Positions 9,895 through 20,025 of a stretch of 64,000 nucleotides of DNA are shown piece after piece. Below the pieces are notes generated by a model that made no database searches, had not been told where the DNA came from, and was given only the letters and a program-made list of their open reading frames with translations. The stretch is from positions 128,001 to 192,000 of the forward strand of contig JAXHVD010000003.1 of assembly GCA_034189385.1 (NCBI GenBank). The letters are read 5' to 3'. Source of the stretch: Thermodesulfobacteriota bacterium. Its GTDB lineage: Bacteria; Desulfobacterota; Desulfobacteria; Desulfobacterales; C00003060. How positions within the stretch are numbered: the stretch's first letter is position 1; the number at the start of each line of letters is the position of its first letter. Position numbers and translations under genes: made by a program.

Positions 9895-11568
9895 CTAGGC
9901 TGTGACTGTAACAGCCTGTTGCGCACCATGACAGGTGACACCCCTTTTAAGACGTCTTACGTGCCACTCAATTCTATCCAGAAGAGGCCCAAGGGCCTTT
10001 TCGTCATGGGCTGAGATGGGAATGCCGTCCAACCTGCGGGTCCACTTCCTCACCGAGATGGGATCCACAAGGTCTTGTTTGTTGAGAACCCTTAAGACTC
10101 GAATCTCATCTAGATGCAGGTTTTCAAGGATCTGTTCCACAGATTTCACCTGATGCTCACATCTCGGGTTGCTGATGTCGATCACATGTATGAGAAGGTC
10201 TGCGTCTTCCAGTTCTTCAAGGGTGGCACGAAAGGCTGTGATGAGTTCCCGTGGCAGCTCTCGAATGAAACCGACCGTGTCTGTAATGATGACCTCGGCC
10301 TCCTTTGGAAGTCTTTTCTTCCGGCTCGTGGGATCCAGGGTGGCAAAGAGCCTGCTTTCAGCCAGCACGGAGCTGCGGGTAAGGGTGTTTAAAAGCGTTG
10401 ACTTGCCCGCATTCGTGTATCCGATGATCGACAAAATGGGCAGCCCCTTCTTGTTCCGCTTGGCCCGTCTCTGGGCCCGTTGTTTTTGGACAGAGGCAAG
10501 AGACTTCTCCAGATGGACGATGCGATCCCGAACACGGCGCCGATCAATCTCCAGCTTCGTCTCCCCTGGTCCCCGGCCGCCTATGCCACCGGTGAGACGA
10601 GACATGGCTGTGCCCTTTCCGGTGAGCCTGGGGAGGAGATACTTGAGCTGAGCCAATTCCACCTGAATCTTCCCTTCGCGACTCCTGGCCCGTCGGGCAA
10701 AGATATCCAAAATGAGCTGTGTTCGGTCTATCACCTTTAACGCCGTCAGGTCCGCAATGGATCGCACTTGTGAAGGGTTCAACTCTTGGTCAAAAATGAG
10801 AAGGTCGGCCCCTTTCTGGAGGGCCAGAATCACCAGTTCGCTCAGTTTACCTTGTCCCATGAGAAACCGAGGATCTGCCCGGCGCCGGTGTTGAATCACC
10901 GCGTCCACCACGGCGATCTGTGAAGATTCTGCCAGCTCCCTGAGCTCGGCCATGGAATCTTCGGCCACACGCCTTGGGGCTGTCGTCACGCCTATGAGGA
11001 CAGCCCGTTGCCAGGCCCCTTTCACCCTCTGGGCTGGCAGCTTCCGTGCAAACTCAGACTCTAGGGACCGGATCAGGCCGTAACAGTCCATGTCCAGTTG
11101 GCTCAGTCCCAGAGGGGGAAGGATTTCCCAATTGGCGCCATTGACCCCTTCGGGAAGGAGGTGAGCAGCATGAATGCTGTGGGGCCGGCCCTGTTTGTCC
11201 ACCGTGATAGCAGCCATGAGGTCCAGATTCAGAAGGGCCAGGTCCATCAGGTCATCCTGTGTCAGGGGTTCCTGTTGGAGATGGGTGTGGACACAACGAA
11301 GGCCCTTTAGGCGCCCTCCGCCCGAACGATACTTTTCCAGATTTGGGATCATGATCTGCTGGTAGGTGCCGACCAGGACAAAAGCGATCCAGCCCCGGCG
11401 ATCGATCAGCAGACCGATCTGGCGGCGGATCTCAAAAGAGAGCTGACAGACGGCCTTGGTGAGCTCTGGCGAGACAATGTAAGCCGGCAGAGTTCTTCGA
11501 CGATAAAGGTTGTTGAGGCGGCGGACCTGGCTTGCCTTAAGCCCGCCAACATTGCCATGAACTTTGAT
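9895..11568 (-). CDS. hflX: GTPase HflX, long N-terminal form
   Basis: GGIGGRGPGETKLE, GYTNAGKST, LFATLDPT, DTVGF, NKQD; start uncertain (see findings). Confidence 0.95.
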   Translation of the reverse strand: MKVHGNVGGLKASQVRRLNNLYRRRTLPAYIVSPELTKAVCQLSFEIRRQIGLLIDRRGWIAFVLVGTYQQIMIPNLEKYRSGGGRLKGLRCVHTHLQQEPLTQDDLMDLALLNLDLMAAITVDKQGRPHSIHAAHLLPEGVNGANWEILPPLGLSQLDMDCYGLIRSLESEFARKLPAQRVKGAWQRAVLIGVTTAPRRVAEDSMAELRELAESSQIAVVDAVIQHRRRADPRFLMGQGKLSELVILALQKGADLLIFDQELNPSQVRSIADLTALKVIDRTQLILDIFARRARSREGKIQVELAQLKYLLPRLTGKGTAMSRLTGGIGGRGPGETKLEIDRRRVRDRIVHLEKSLASVQKQRAQRRAKRNKKGLPILSIIGYTNAGKSTLLNTLTRSSVLAESRLFATLDPTSRKKRLPKEAEVIITDTVGFIRELPRELITAFRATLEELEDADLLIHVIDISNPRCEHQVKSVEQILENLHLDEIRVLRVLNKQDLVDPISVRKWTRRLDGIPISAHDEKALGPLLDRIEWHVRRLKRGVTCHGAQQAVTVTA

Positions 11569-11844
11569 TATTCGCCCCCGAATCAGAAGGGTTAGATACA
11601 ATGATCCATCGCAAAGGCCACAAATATTATTATATGTTACACCCTATAAGCGCAATGATGCAAGATCATTCCACAGCCTTTCAACAAGCCGAAACGGCCA
11701 CCATCTTCATGGGGTTGCCCTAAAAGCGTCCATGATACCGCCTGCCAAGGGCATAGGGGAGGTTAACTTCCTAATAGGAATCAATTGCGGTGAGTGGGCC
11801 AACAGGGTGGTGGCCCATCGCTAGGCGGTCTTGGGTTCGAGAGA

Positions 11845-13203
11845 CTATGCCAATGCGGACTCCACCTCTGGCGCCAGGTTCTCAAAACGGGTGTATTGCT
11901 CCAAAAAGGCGAGCCTTGCCGTGCCGATGGGGCCATTTCGCTGTTTGGCCAAGATGAGTTCTGCGATATCGTTACGGTTATCTTCGTCTTTGTTGTAGAC
12001 CTTGTCCCGGTAAATGAAGATGATCACATCTGCATCCTGCTCAATAGCGCCCGATTCCCTTAGATCAGAAAGTACGGGCCGCTTGTTGGTGCGCTCTTCC
12101 ACCTTGCGGTTGAGCTGCGACAGCGCCACCACCGGGATCTGAAGTTCCTTGGCCAAAGCCTTCAAAGACCTTGAGATCTCAGATATCTCCAACTCACGCC
12201 GCTCAGCCGAACGCCGCCCTCTCATAAGCTGAAGGTAGTCTATCACAATGAGACCGAGGGCCCTTTCCATCTTCATGCGGCGGGCCTTGGCCCGGATCTC
12301 CAAGGCAGAGATGGCCGGCGAGTCATCGATGTACAGGGGGATGTCATAAAGGGCACCGGCAGCCCGGTTGATCTTTGCCAGGTCTCCCTCACTCAAGAAC
12401 CCCCCCCTCATTCTTGACGAATCCACCCGGGCCTCTGCAGAAAGCATCCGAAGGGAGAGCTGTTCCTTTGACATTTCCAGGGAGAAGATGGCCGAAGGCT
12501 CTTCCGTTTCCAGGCTTGCATTGCGGGCAATGTTTAAGGCAAGGGCAGTCTTACCCATGCTTGGGCGGCCTGCAATGACAATGAAATCCCCTGCCTGAAA
12601 CCCCGAGGTCTTTTCGTCAAGTCCCCGAAATCCCGTGGGGACCCCCGTAACAAGGGCCTTGTTCTCGTAGGCATCCTCCACCGCCTTGTAAGTCTCTGTC
12701 AGGATGTCCCCCAAGGAATAGAAGGACGGTTTCACCTTGTTTTCCGAGATATCAAATATGCTGCGCTCGGCAAAGTCCAGGATCTCTTCCACGTCCCCTC
12801 TGTCATCAAAGCATCGGGTGGTAATGCCCGCAGCACGCTCGATAAGACGTCTTAAGGTGGCCTTCTCCTGCACTATTCTGGCATAATGGGAGGCATTGAC
12901 GGCCATAGGTACGGCATCCACCAACTCGGCAAGATAGGAAGCCCCCCCTAAGGGTTCCAGTTCGCCCCGCTCCTTTAAGAGATTGGTGACGGTTACCAGG
13001 TCCGCTGGCTCGTTTCTCTCAAAGAGCTCTATCATGGCCTTGAATATCTTGCGATGTGCCTCGCGGTAGAAGTCCTGGTCGGAAAGGATTTCCAACACTT
13101 CTGGCAGGGTATTGTTTTCGATCAATATGGCGCTCAGAATCGATTGCTCTGCCTCAACATTGTGAGGTGGCACCTTCTGGAGCCATGGATCGTCAGTAGT
13201 CAT
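11845..13203 (-). CDS. dnaB: Replicative DNA helicase
   Basis: PPHNVEAEQ, AGRPSMGKT, IDYLQL, SQLNR, DLRESGAIEQDAD, KQRNGP. Confidence 0.98.
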   Translation of the reverse strand: MTTDDPWLQKVPPHNVEAEQSILSAILIENNTLPEVLEILSDQDFYREAHRKIFKAMIELFERNEPADLVTVTNLLKERGELEPLGGASYLAELVDAVPMAVNASHYARIVQEKATLRRLIERAAGITTRCFDDRGDVEEILDFAERSIFDISENKVKPSFYSLGDILTETYKAVEDAYENKALVTGVPTGFRGLDEKTSGFQAGDFIVIAGRPSMGKTALALNIARNASLETEEPSAIFSLEMSKEQLSLRMLSAEARVDSSRMRGGFLSEGDLAKINRAAGALYDIPLYIDDSPAISALEIRAKARRMKMERALGLIVIDYLQLMRGRRSAERRELEISEISRSLKALAKELQIPVVALSQLNRKVEERTNKRPVLSDLRESGAIEQDADVIIFIYRDKVYNKDEDNRNDIAELILAKQRNGPIGTARLAFLEQYTRFENLAPEVESALA

Positions 13204-13208
13204 GGGGC

Positions 13209-13655
13209 TTACTCTTCTGCGACCACTTTCACCGTGATTTCCGGCTTGACATCAGGATGGAGCTGAACAGGCACAATATAGGATCCCAGGGTCTTAATCG
13301 GCTCTGATAGCATCACCATTCTCTTTTCCACCTCAAGGCCCTGGGCCAGCAACTGATCGGTCACATCCCGTGTCGTAACGGAACCATAGAGACGGTCCTC
13401 TTCGGAGACCTTCGCCGAAATCGTGCATACGGCCCCCTGGATCTTCTCAGCCAAGGCCTCGGCCATGCCCTTGTCCTTTACGGCCCTGAGCTCCAGTTTC
13501 TTCTTTTCCTGTTCCACCAGCTTCCGATTTCCCGGTGTGGCCAAGACAGCCTTGTTCTGGGGAACAAGGTAGTTCCTGGCATATCCGTCGGCAACGGTAA
13601 CCTCGTCTCCAACGGTGCCAAGGGAATCAATCGTCTCTCTCAGTATCACTTTCAT
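13209..13655 (-). CDS. rplI: 50S ribosomal protein L9
   Basis: MKVIL...LG..GD.V.VADGYARNYL.P, LYGSVT. Confidence 0.97.
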   Translation of the reverse strand: MKVILRETIDSLGTVGDEVTVADGYARNYLVPQNKAVLATPGNRKLVEQEKKKLELRAVKDKGMAEALAEKIQGAVCTISAKVSEEDRLYGSVTTRDVTDQLLAQGLEVEKRMVMLSEPIKTLGSYIVPVQLHPDVKPEITVKVVAEE

Positions 13656-14613
13656 TCTTGTTGTCCACTCCTTTTCTCGTTCGCCTAAAATCGATCCATA
13701 TATCAAAAAAGCCCGCTGCAATGACCAGTAGAAGGACCACCTGCTGAAGGGCGATGAGCCCGTATAGAATACCTCGCAGTATTCGGGGAAACTGTTTTTT
13801 CTCAAAATAGAAAGAGCAGATGGCAATACCCTGGAAAAAGTATATCATCATCATAACGAGCAAGCCATTGACGCCAAAGAGCTTCACGCCTTCATGGGGC
13901 ACAAGGAGCAAGACGCCTGCCCCAATGGCCACCCACACCAAAGGCTCTGGCGCCCGCCACTCGTTGAGCGTGCCAAAATCAGGACAGAAAAGCCGCCGGC
14001 TCTGCAACAGCGGCCGCGCCAGAAGCAGGTTACTCCAGACCACAAAAAGGGTAGAGACAATGACCACAGCAGGCATCAGGCGGAGCATCACATAGTGAAT
14101 TCCCTCCAAAGACTCGGCAGAGATCACGATGCCCTCGTCAGAGACATCCATGTCCCTGTACATGGCCAGGACCAGTTCAAGGTTTTCATGAAGATAATCC
14201 GATACAAGGCCCCACAGGCTCTTCGTAGAAACCAGCCCATAGACAGCCAACATGAGTGCCCCTGATGCAATGACCACACCTGTGGTCACGGCCACTGTTT
14301 TCTCCAAAGACAAGTTCATGGCAAACATCTCAGAGAGGACAAGCCCCACCAGGCCCAGTTCAAAAAAGAACACAGCCGAGGGTATGGAACGCCAGCCCAT
14401 CATGGAAGCAACGATGAGGGTGACAGCAATCAGGATCAATGCACCCCAAGAACGTCCCAGTTTCGACCGGTAAAAGAGAACAGGTAGGGGAAGAAACAAA
14501 CTTGCCACCACGCCAAAGACCGGTAGATATACTCCGGCCAGGGCAATCAAGCTGGTAATGGCAGTGGCCGCGAAAAACTCCTTGTGGGGTTCACTGTGGG
14601 TCATATGGCTCAC
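13627..14613 (-). CDS. DUF2232/YybS family membrane protein
   Basis: Multi-TM protein with YFFQG and G.FD.W.DFR motifs; typical position between rpsR and rplI. Confidence 0.88.
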   Translation of the reverse strand: MSHMTHSEPHKEFFAATAITSLIALAGVYLPVFGVVASLFLPLPVLFYRSKLGRSWGALILIAVTLIVASMMGWRSIPSAVFFFELGLVGLVLSEMFAMNLSLEKTVAVTTGVVIASGALMLAVYGLVSTKSLWGLVSDYLHENLELVLAMYRDMDVSDEGIVISAESLEGIHYVMLRLMPAVVIVSTLFVVWSNLLLARPLLQSRRLFCPDFGTLNEWRAPEPLVWVAIGAGVLLLVPHEGVKLFGVNGLLVMMMIYFFQGIAICSFYFEKKQFPRILRGILYGLIALQQVVLLLVIAAGFFDIWIDFRRTRKGVDNKNESDTERDD

Positions 14614-14764
14614 AAGGGACCATCCTTGTTATTGAACACAAAGCGTGCTTCCTATTAGGTGGCACCCCATACCCCTGCGCCAGCACATGGAAAGTCTCTT
14701 GAAAACCAATGGGAAGGGCGTCACCCTCCATGGTTTGCAGGGCCCTCACTGGCAACCCGAGCCA

Positions 14765-15016
14765 TCAGTAGTGGCTCAGGGTTGCAGCATATGGCATCAG
14801 TGCGATACTCCGTGCCCGCTTAATAGCAGTGGTGACCTGGCGCTGGTGCTTGGCACAATTGCCTGATATTCGCCTAGGTATAATCTTTCCGCGCTCCGTG
14901 GTAAAGAGCCTAAGCGTTCGTGGATTCTTATAATCGATGGCCAGGCTGCTGTCCGCACAGAAACGGCACACCTTTCTCCTGCCGAAGGTTCTTCTCCGTC
15001 TTTTAAACCTCGCCAT
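14765..15016 (-). CDS. rpsR: 30S ribosomal protein S18 (Zn-binding C+ form)
   Basis: [35 protein letters not shown]. Confidence 0.97.
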   Translation of the reverse strand: MARFKRRRRTFGRRKVCRFCADSSLAIDYKNPRTLRLFTTERGKIIPRRISGNCAKHQRQVTTAIKRARSIALMPYAATLSHY

Positions 15017-15488
15017 TAGCGGGCGCCTCCTCGTCGCCAGACTCTGGTGTATCTGTTGCTGCTTTCACATCATCCGCCGCGGGTTCTGTCTGTGCGCTCT
15101 GTTCCTCTTCTCCTCCAGATGGTGTTTCCTCCGGCGCTGCATCCGGCCTCGACGCCTCCCGGGCCGCTGCCATCTCAGCCTGCATGGCCGCCACATCCAC
15201 CTCTTCTGCTGTGCACACCGTCATGTATTTCAGGAATCGCTCATCGAGACTCATGTTTCGTTCAAGCTCTTTGACCAAGGCTCCGTCTCCGCAAAAATCT
15301 GTGAGGACATAGTATCCCCGCGTCTGCTTCTTGACCACATAAGCAAGACTCTTAAGGCCCCACTCATCAAACTTGACGAGAAGTCCTTGTCCGTCTGAGA
15401 TGATCTTCGTGAGTTTGTCGAAAAGGGGTTGGCGGTCTTCCTGGGAAAGGGAAGGGCTTGCTATAAAGACATTCTCATACCTTCTCAT
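15003..15488 (-). CDS. rpsF: 30S ribosomal protein S6 with acidic C-terminal extension
   Basis: MRRYE, EWG.K.LAY.VKK...GYY, ELER; RBS AAGGAGG. Confidence 0.96.
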   Translation of the reverse strand: MRRYENVFIASPSLSQEDRQPLFDKLTKIISDGQGLLVKFDEWGLKSLAYVVKKQTRGYYVLTDFCGDGALVKELERNMSLDERFLKYMTVCTAEEVDVAAMQAEMAAAREASRPDAAPEETPSGGEEEQSAQTEPAADDVKAATDTPESGDEEAPANGEV

Positions 15489-15492
15489 AGGT

Positions 15493-15538
15493 CCTCCTTC
15501 TGGGTTTATTAGCCCCGGTCCAGCCCGGAGCAAGGAGA
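15493..15538 (-). promoter_or_regulatory. Probable S6:S18 ribosomal protein leader (RBS-sequestering stem)
   Basis: On the transcript CUCCUU can pair with the AAGGAG RBS, enclosing the hairpin GCUCCGG-loop-CCGGGGC and an ACCC tract; directly 5' of rpsF. Confidence 0.6.
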
Positions 15539-15770
15539 CAAACAATAAGACCTCAAAAATCTACATGGCCCTGTCCTTTCTTGTCAAGCGGTTTTTGCTC
15601 CCGTCCTTCCATGGCCCCACCATGGCAATTCGATCACAAGACCGGAAGCTGGAACAGCCAAGATCAAACAACCGCTGGCCAAACCACCTGGAAGCCCCCT
15701 TTAAAGCGTGCTATAAAAACATCCATCAGACATGCCCTTATGGGTCTTTTGGCAAAAGGGGGAGGATGGG

Positions 15771-16190
15771 GTGCCCCGCGAGTACGAATACATCGAACAT
15801 ACAGGCGATCTGGGGTTCAAGGCTTACGGGAAAACGCTCCAGGAACTCTTTATCAATGCTGCCAGGGCCCTCTTTCACGTCCTGGTCTCCCCTGAGACCA
15901 TCGAGGAAAAAGAAAAAAGGGGCGTCACCGTGGAAGCGGCGGCTCTGGACGAGCTCATGGTCAGCTGGCTCGGAGAGCTTCTCTATCTTTTTGACACCCA
16001 GGGCCTCTTGCTGAAGGGATTTGAGATAAAGACGTTGACGGAAAACCGCTTGGAGGCCACTGTTAGGGGCGAGACCATGGACCTTCGGCGCCATGAGATC
16101 AAGACAGGCATTAAGGCCATCACCTATCACCAGCTCTATGTGAGAGAAGAAAACGGTCTCTGGAAGGCCCAGGTAATCCTTGACCTGTGA
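15771..16190 (+). CDS. Archease
   Basis: YEYIEHTGDLG, GE..D..RH....IKAITYHQL, V.LDL; immediately upstream of rtcB; GTG start after GGAGG. Confidence 0.93.
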   Translation: MPREYEYIEHTGDLGFKAYGKTLQELFINAARALFHVLVSPETIEEKEKRGVTVEAAALDELMVSWLGELLYLFDTQGLLLKGFEIKTLTENRLEATVRGETMDLRRHEIKTGIKAITYHQLYVREENGLWKAQVILDL

Positions 16191-16218
16191 ACCGTCTCCA
16201 CCCGAGGAGGTGAACGCC

Positions 16219-17667
16219 ATGGCAGATGACATAAGGGTAGAAAAAATAGACGATTTTAGATGGCTCATTCCAAGAACCGGCAGGATGAGGACCGAAGGGC
16301 TGGTCTATGCAGATGAGACCATGCTGGCCGCCATCAAGAAGGATGCGAGCCTCCAACAGGTGGCCAATGTGGCCTGCCTTCCCGGCATCGTCGGTCGATC
16401 TATGGCCATGCCGGACATACACTGGGGGTACGGGTTTCCCATTGGTGGCGTGGCAGCCTTTGACATGGACGAGGGCATCATTTCCCCTGGAGGCGTCGGC
16501 TACGACATCAACTGTGGCGTTAGGCTCCTTCGCTCCAGTCTGGAGGCCAAGGAAATCAAGGACCACATCCCCACACTGGTAAACGCCTTGTTTAGAAATA
16601 TCCCTTCAGGCGTGGGGTCCCGGCGCAAGGACCTGAAACTCTCTGCTAAACAAATGGATGAGGTCCTTGCCAAAGGGGTCAAGTGGGCCCTTTCTCATGG
16701 ATATGGGACCGCAGCAGATCTTCAGCATATAGAAGAAGAGGGCTGCATTGCCGGCGCCCGCCCGGACTATGTCTCTGAAAGGGCCTGTAAACGGGGAAAA
16801 GAGCAACTCGGCACCCTGGGTTCAGGGAATCACTTTGTGGAAGTCGGTTTTGTGGAAGAGCTTTACGACGAGGCTGCTGCCACGGCCCTGTCTCTGTTCA
16901 GAGGCCAGATGACCGTGATCGTACACACCGGCTCCAGGGGGTTGGGACACCAAGTCTGCGACGACTATATCAAACGAATGCTCACAGCCTCTGGCAAGTA
17001 CAACATACATCTGCCCGACAAACAGCTCTGCTGCGCCCCTCTCACCTCCAAGGAAAGCCGGCAGTATCTTGCAGCCATGGCCTGTGCGGCGAATTTCGCC
17101 TTCTGCAACCGTCAGACCATTACCCACTGGGTCCGGGAGACCTTTCAACAGGTGTTGGCAATGGGACCCAACGACCTGGAGCTGGATCTTGTCTACGATG
17201 TCTGTCACAACATGGCCAAGATAGAGACCCATAAGGTGGACGGAAAAGAGCGGAAGCTATGCGTTCACCGCAAGGGGGCCACGAGGGCCTTTCCTCCCCA
17301 CTCTAGACTCATCCCAGAGGCCTATCAACAGGTGGGGCAACCTGTTTTGATCCCCGGAGACATGGGCCGGTACTCCTATGTGCTGGTGGGCACTGAAGGG
17401 GCCATGAAGGAAACTTTTGGCAGCACCTGCCACGGGGCCGGGCGAAGGCTCAGCAGACACCAGGCCAAAAAGGTCGCCAAAGGCCGGGCCATTGTGAGGG
17501 AACTTGAAGATCAGGGCATTTATGTCCGTGGGGCAGGCAAAGGAACCATCAGCGAGGAGATATCGGAGGCCTATAAGGATGTGAGCGACGTGGTAAACGT
17601 GGTCCATCATGCAGGAATAGGCAAGAAGGTGGCCAAGCTCAGACCCATGGGGGTAATTAAGGGATAA
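16219..17667 (+). CDS. rtcB: RNA-splicing/repair ligase RtcB
   Basis: MPDIHWGYGFPIGGV, GYDINCGVR, GSGNHF, HTGSRG, HRKGATRA, HGAGR, AYKD. Confidence 0.97.
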   Translation: MADDIRVEKIDDFRWLIPRTGRMRTEGLVYADETMLAAIKKDASLQQVANVACLPGIVGRSMAMPDIHWGYGFPIGGVAAFDMDEGIISPGGVGYDINCGVRLLRSSLEAKEIKDHIPTLVNALFRNIPSGVGSRRKDLKLSAKQMDEVLAKGVKWALSHGYGTAADLQHIEEEGCIAGARPDYVSERACKRGKEQLGTLGSGNHFVEVGFVEELYDEAAATALSLFRGQMTVIVHTGSRGLGHQVCDDYIKRMLTASGKYNIHLPDKQLCCAPLTSKESRQYLAAMACAANFAFCNRQTITHWVRETFQQVLAMGPNDLELDLVYDVCHNMAKIETHKVDGKERKLCVHRKGATRAFPPHSRLIPEAYQQVGQPVLIPGDMGRYSYVLVGTEGAMKETFGSTCHGAGRRLSRHQAKKVAKGRAIVRELEDQGIYVRGAGKGTISEEISEAYKDVSDVVNVVHHAGIGKKVAKLRPMGVIKG

Positions 17668-17682
17668 GAAGGGGGCGAGGAT

Positions 17683-17724
17683 TGCGGCTTTCGCCTTAAA
17701 AAACTGCGGCTTTCGCCTTAAAAA
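17683..17724 (+). repeat. Two tandem copies of TGCGGCTTTCGCCTTAAAA
   Basis: Direct 19-bp duplication just downstream of the rtcB stop. Confidence 0.8.
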
Positions 17725-17730
17725 GATGTG

Positions 17731-17881
17731 AGGGGTCAAGGGGCCGAGGGTTCAAGGGTGTTTGGAGGATGGTCTTTCCAAAAGAACTGATCTACAAACA
17801 CACGGCAGAGGACTTGCGCTAGCTCTTAGACTATATGAGACTATTCACCATTTCACTTGAACCCTGGACCCCTTGAATCCT
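17731..17881. repeat. About 150-bp element bounded by imperfect inverted octamer-repeat arms
   Basis: Left arm AGGGGTCAAGGGGCCGAGGGTTCAAG; right arm CTTGAACCCTGGACCCCTTGAATCCT; a related half-arm at about 24956-24983. Confidence 0.6.
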
Positions 17882-17896
17882 AGGAAAGGAACCATC

Positions 17897-19933
17897 TTGT
17901 CCCCCTTGCGTCGAAACATCACATACACTGTCCTACTGGCAGGGGCCGCCCTTTTTACCGGGGTCTGCGGGGGTCTCCTTTTCGCCCTCATGCACGATCT
18001 TCCGCAAATTCAGGGCCTTGACAGTTTCAAGCCCGCCGCGATCACACGGATCTATTCAGCCGACAGGCAACTGCTGGCCGAACTCTTTGTAGAAAAGCGT
18101 CAGCCTGTGCCCCTTGACGCAGTACCGGAGGATCTTAAGGCCGGGATCCTCGCCACGGAAGACGCCAAGTTCTATGACCACCCGGGAGTTGATCTGAAGG
18201 GCATTGCCCGTGCCGTCATCAGAAACATCAGGGCCGGTGAATATGTCGAAGGGGCCAGCACCATTAGCCAGCAGCTGGCCAAGACGCTTTTTCTCACACC
18301 CCGAAAGACTCTGATCCGCAAATTCAAAGAAGCCTTTCTGGCCTTTCAGATTGAGCGCCGCTATACAAAAAACGAGATACTGGGACTCTATCTGAATCAG
18401 GTCTATTTCGGAAGCGGGGCCTACGGCGTGGAAGCTGCCGCGCAGATCTTTTTCGGAAAACCTGTCCGTGAACTGACCCTGGCCGAGTGCGCATTGATCG
18501 CGGGTATGCCCAAGTCGCCTTCGCGGTACTCACCCCTGGTCAACCCAGCTTTGGCCCTAAAACGGCGCTCGGTGGTCCTGGGACAGATGGCTCGCCATGG
18601 CCTCATTAGTAAAGAAGAGTTGATGGCTGCCAATACCTCGCCTCTTCATCTAGCTCACAAGAAAGAAACATCCATAAAGGCCCCCTATTTTGTGGCCTCT
18701 GTGGCGAAGCTCCTGGAAAAGGAGTTGGGCCAGGAAGCCCTGTATCAAAAGGGACTGACCGTATACACGACGCTAGACTATTCCATGCAGAACGCTGCTG
18801 AAGAAGCGGTAGCACAGGGGCTTAAAGAGCTCTCCGCACGTATGAAGATGGCAGGTTTGGCCCAAGAGCATCTGCCCCAAGCCGCCTTGGTCTGTCTAGA
18901 TACCAAGCGCGGAAGCATTCTCGCCATGGTGGGGGGCCGCAGCTTTGAAGAAAGCCGGTTCAACCGAGCCACCATGGCCAAGAGACAGCCAGGGTCGGCA
19001 TTCAAACCCTTAGTCTATGCCCTAGCCTTGGAGAAGGGTTTTTGCCAAAACGACATGCTCTGGGACGGACCCGTGGTGTTTAAAGGCGCCCAAGAAGGCG
19101 AAGTCTGGATGCCACAGAATTTTTCAGAGGAATTCATGGGCGAGGTAACCCTTCGTCGGGCCCTGGCCCTGTCGCAGAACATCCCTGCTGTGAGACTCCT
19201 TAGCAAATTGGGACCTACGCGTGCTGTGGAGTTTGCATATAAGATGGGCATCACCTCACCCTTGGATCCGAACCTTTCCCTGGTTCTTGGAACCTCAGAG
19301 GTGACACTCCTCGAACTAACAACAGCCTATGCTGTGTTCCCCAATGGCGGCATACGGACAAGACCCTTTGGCGTGCTGGAGGTACTGGAAAGGGAACGGT
19401 CCGTCTGGAGGCACAAGTCCCAGGCGCGGCCTGTCATCAGTCCTGAAACTGCAGCAATCATGACCGATATGCTTGAAGCCGTCGTACTGGAAGGCACTGC
19501 AACGGCAGCACAGCCCATAGGTCGGCCATTGGCAGGAAAAACCGGGAGCACAGACAGCTACAAGGACGCCCTTTTTATCGGGTTTTCTCCAACCGTGGCC
19601 ACGGGGGTGTGGGTCGGCCTGGATGATCATGGGACACTGGGTGACAAAGAAACAGGTGCCAAGGCTGCCCTGCCCATATGGATCGATTTCATGGAAAAAG
19701 CCCTCAGTGACCGCCCCTATTGTGATTTTGATCTGCCCCAAGGGGTGGTCCGAGTGCATATGGATACTGAATCCGGGCTCCTTGCTTCAGAGGGCAGTCC
19801 CAACGCAGTTACTGCTTTGTTCAAGGAGGGCACGGAGCCGAAGCAGTACCACAGACGTGGTGCCAAGGGGCTCTTGGGAGGGCAGGGTAGGGGGACTTGG
19901 GAGCTTGGCAGCAGACTTACATCGCCGGAGTAG
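17897..19933 (+). CDS. Class A penicillin-binding protein (PBP1A family)
   Basis: EDAKFY.H.G, GASTISQQL, RKFKE, transpeptidase S.FK, SQN, KTG. Confidence 0.95.
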   Translation: MSPLRRNITYTVLLAGAALFTGVCGGLLFALMHDLPQIQGLDSFKPAAITRIYSADRQLLAELFVEKRQPVPLDAVPEDLKAGILATEDAKFYDHPGVDLKGIARAVIRNIRAGEYVEGASTISQQLAKTLFLTPRKTLIRKFKEAFLAFQIERRYTKNEILGLYLNQVYFGSGAYGVEAAAQIFFGKPVRELTLAECALIAGMPKSPSRYSPLVNPALALKRRSVVLGQMARHGLISKEELMAANTSPLHLAHKKETSIKAPYFVASVAKLLEKELGQEALYQKGLTVYTTLDYSMQNAAEEAVAQGLKELSARMKMAGLAQEHLPQAALVCLDTKRGSILAMVGGRSFEESRFNRATMAKRQPGSAFKPLVYALALEKGFCQNDMLWDGPVVFKGAQEGEVWMPQNFSEEFMGEVTLRRALALSQNIPAVRLLSKLGPTRAVEFAYKMGITSPLDPNLSLVLGTSEVTLLELTTAYAVFPNGGIRTRPFGVLEVLERERSVWRHKSQARPVISPETAAIMTDMLEAVVLEGTATAAQPIGRPLAGKTGSTDSYKDALFIGFSPTVATGVWVGLDDHGTLGDKETGAKAALPIWIDFMEKALSDRPYCDFDLPQGVVRVHMDTESGLLASEGSPNAVTALFKEGTEPKQYHRRGAKGLLGGQGRGTWELGSRLTSPE

Positions 19934-20025
19934 GGACTCTTTCAGTATTTCGTAAGAGTTCAGCGTTTTGAAACAACCCCCATTTTGCTCGCTCCCCTGA
20001 GTAATGCTGGAATTTTTTGAAGAGG

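Noticed and set aside
17683..17724. Tandem 19-bp repeat as a CRISPR remnant
   Set aside because: Only two units, essentially no spacer, and no cas genes
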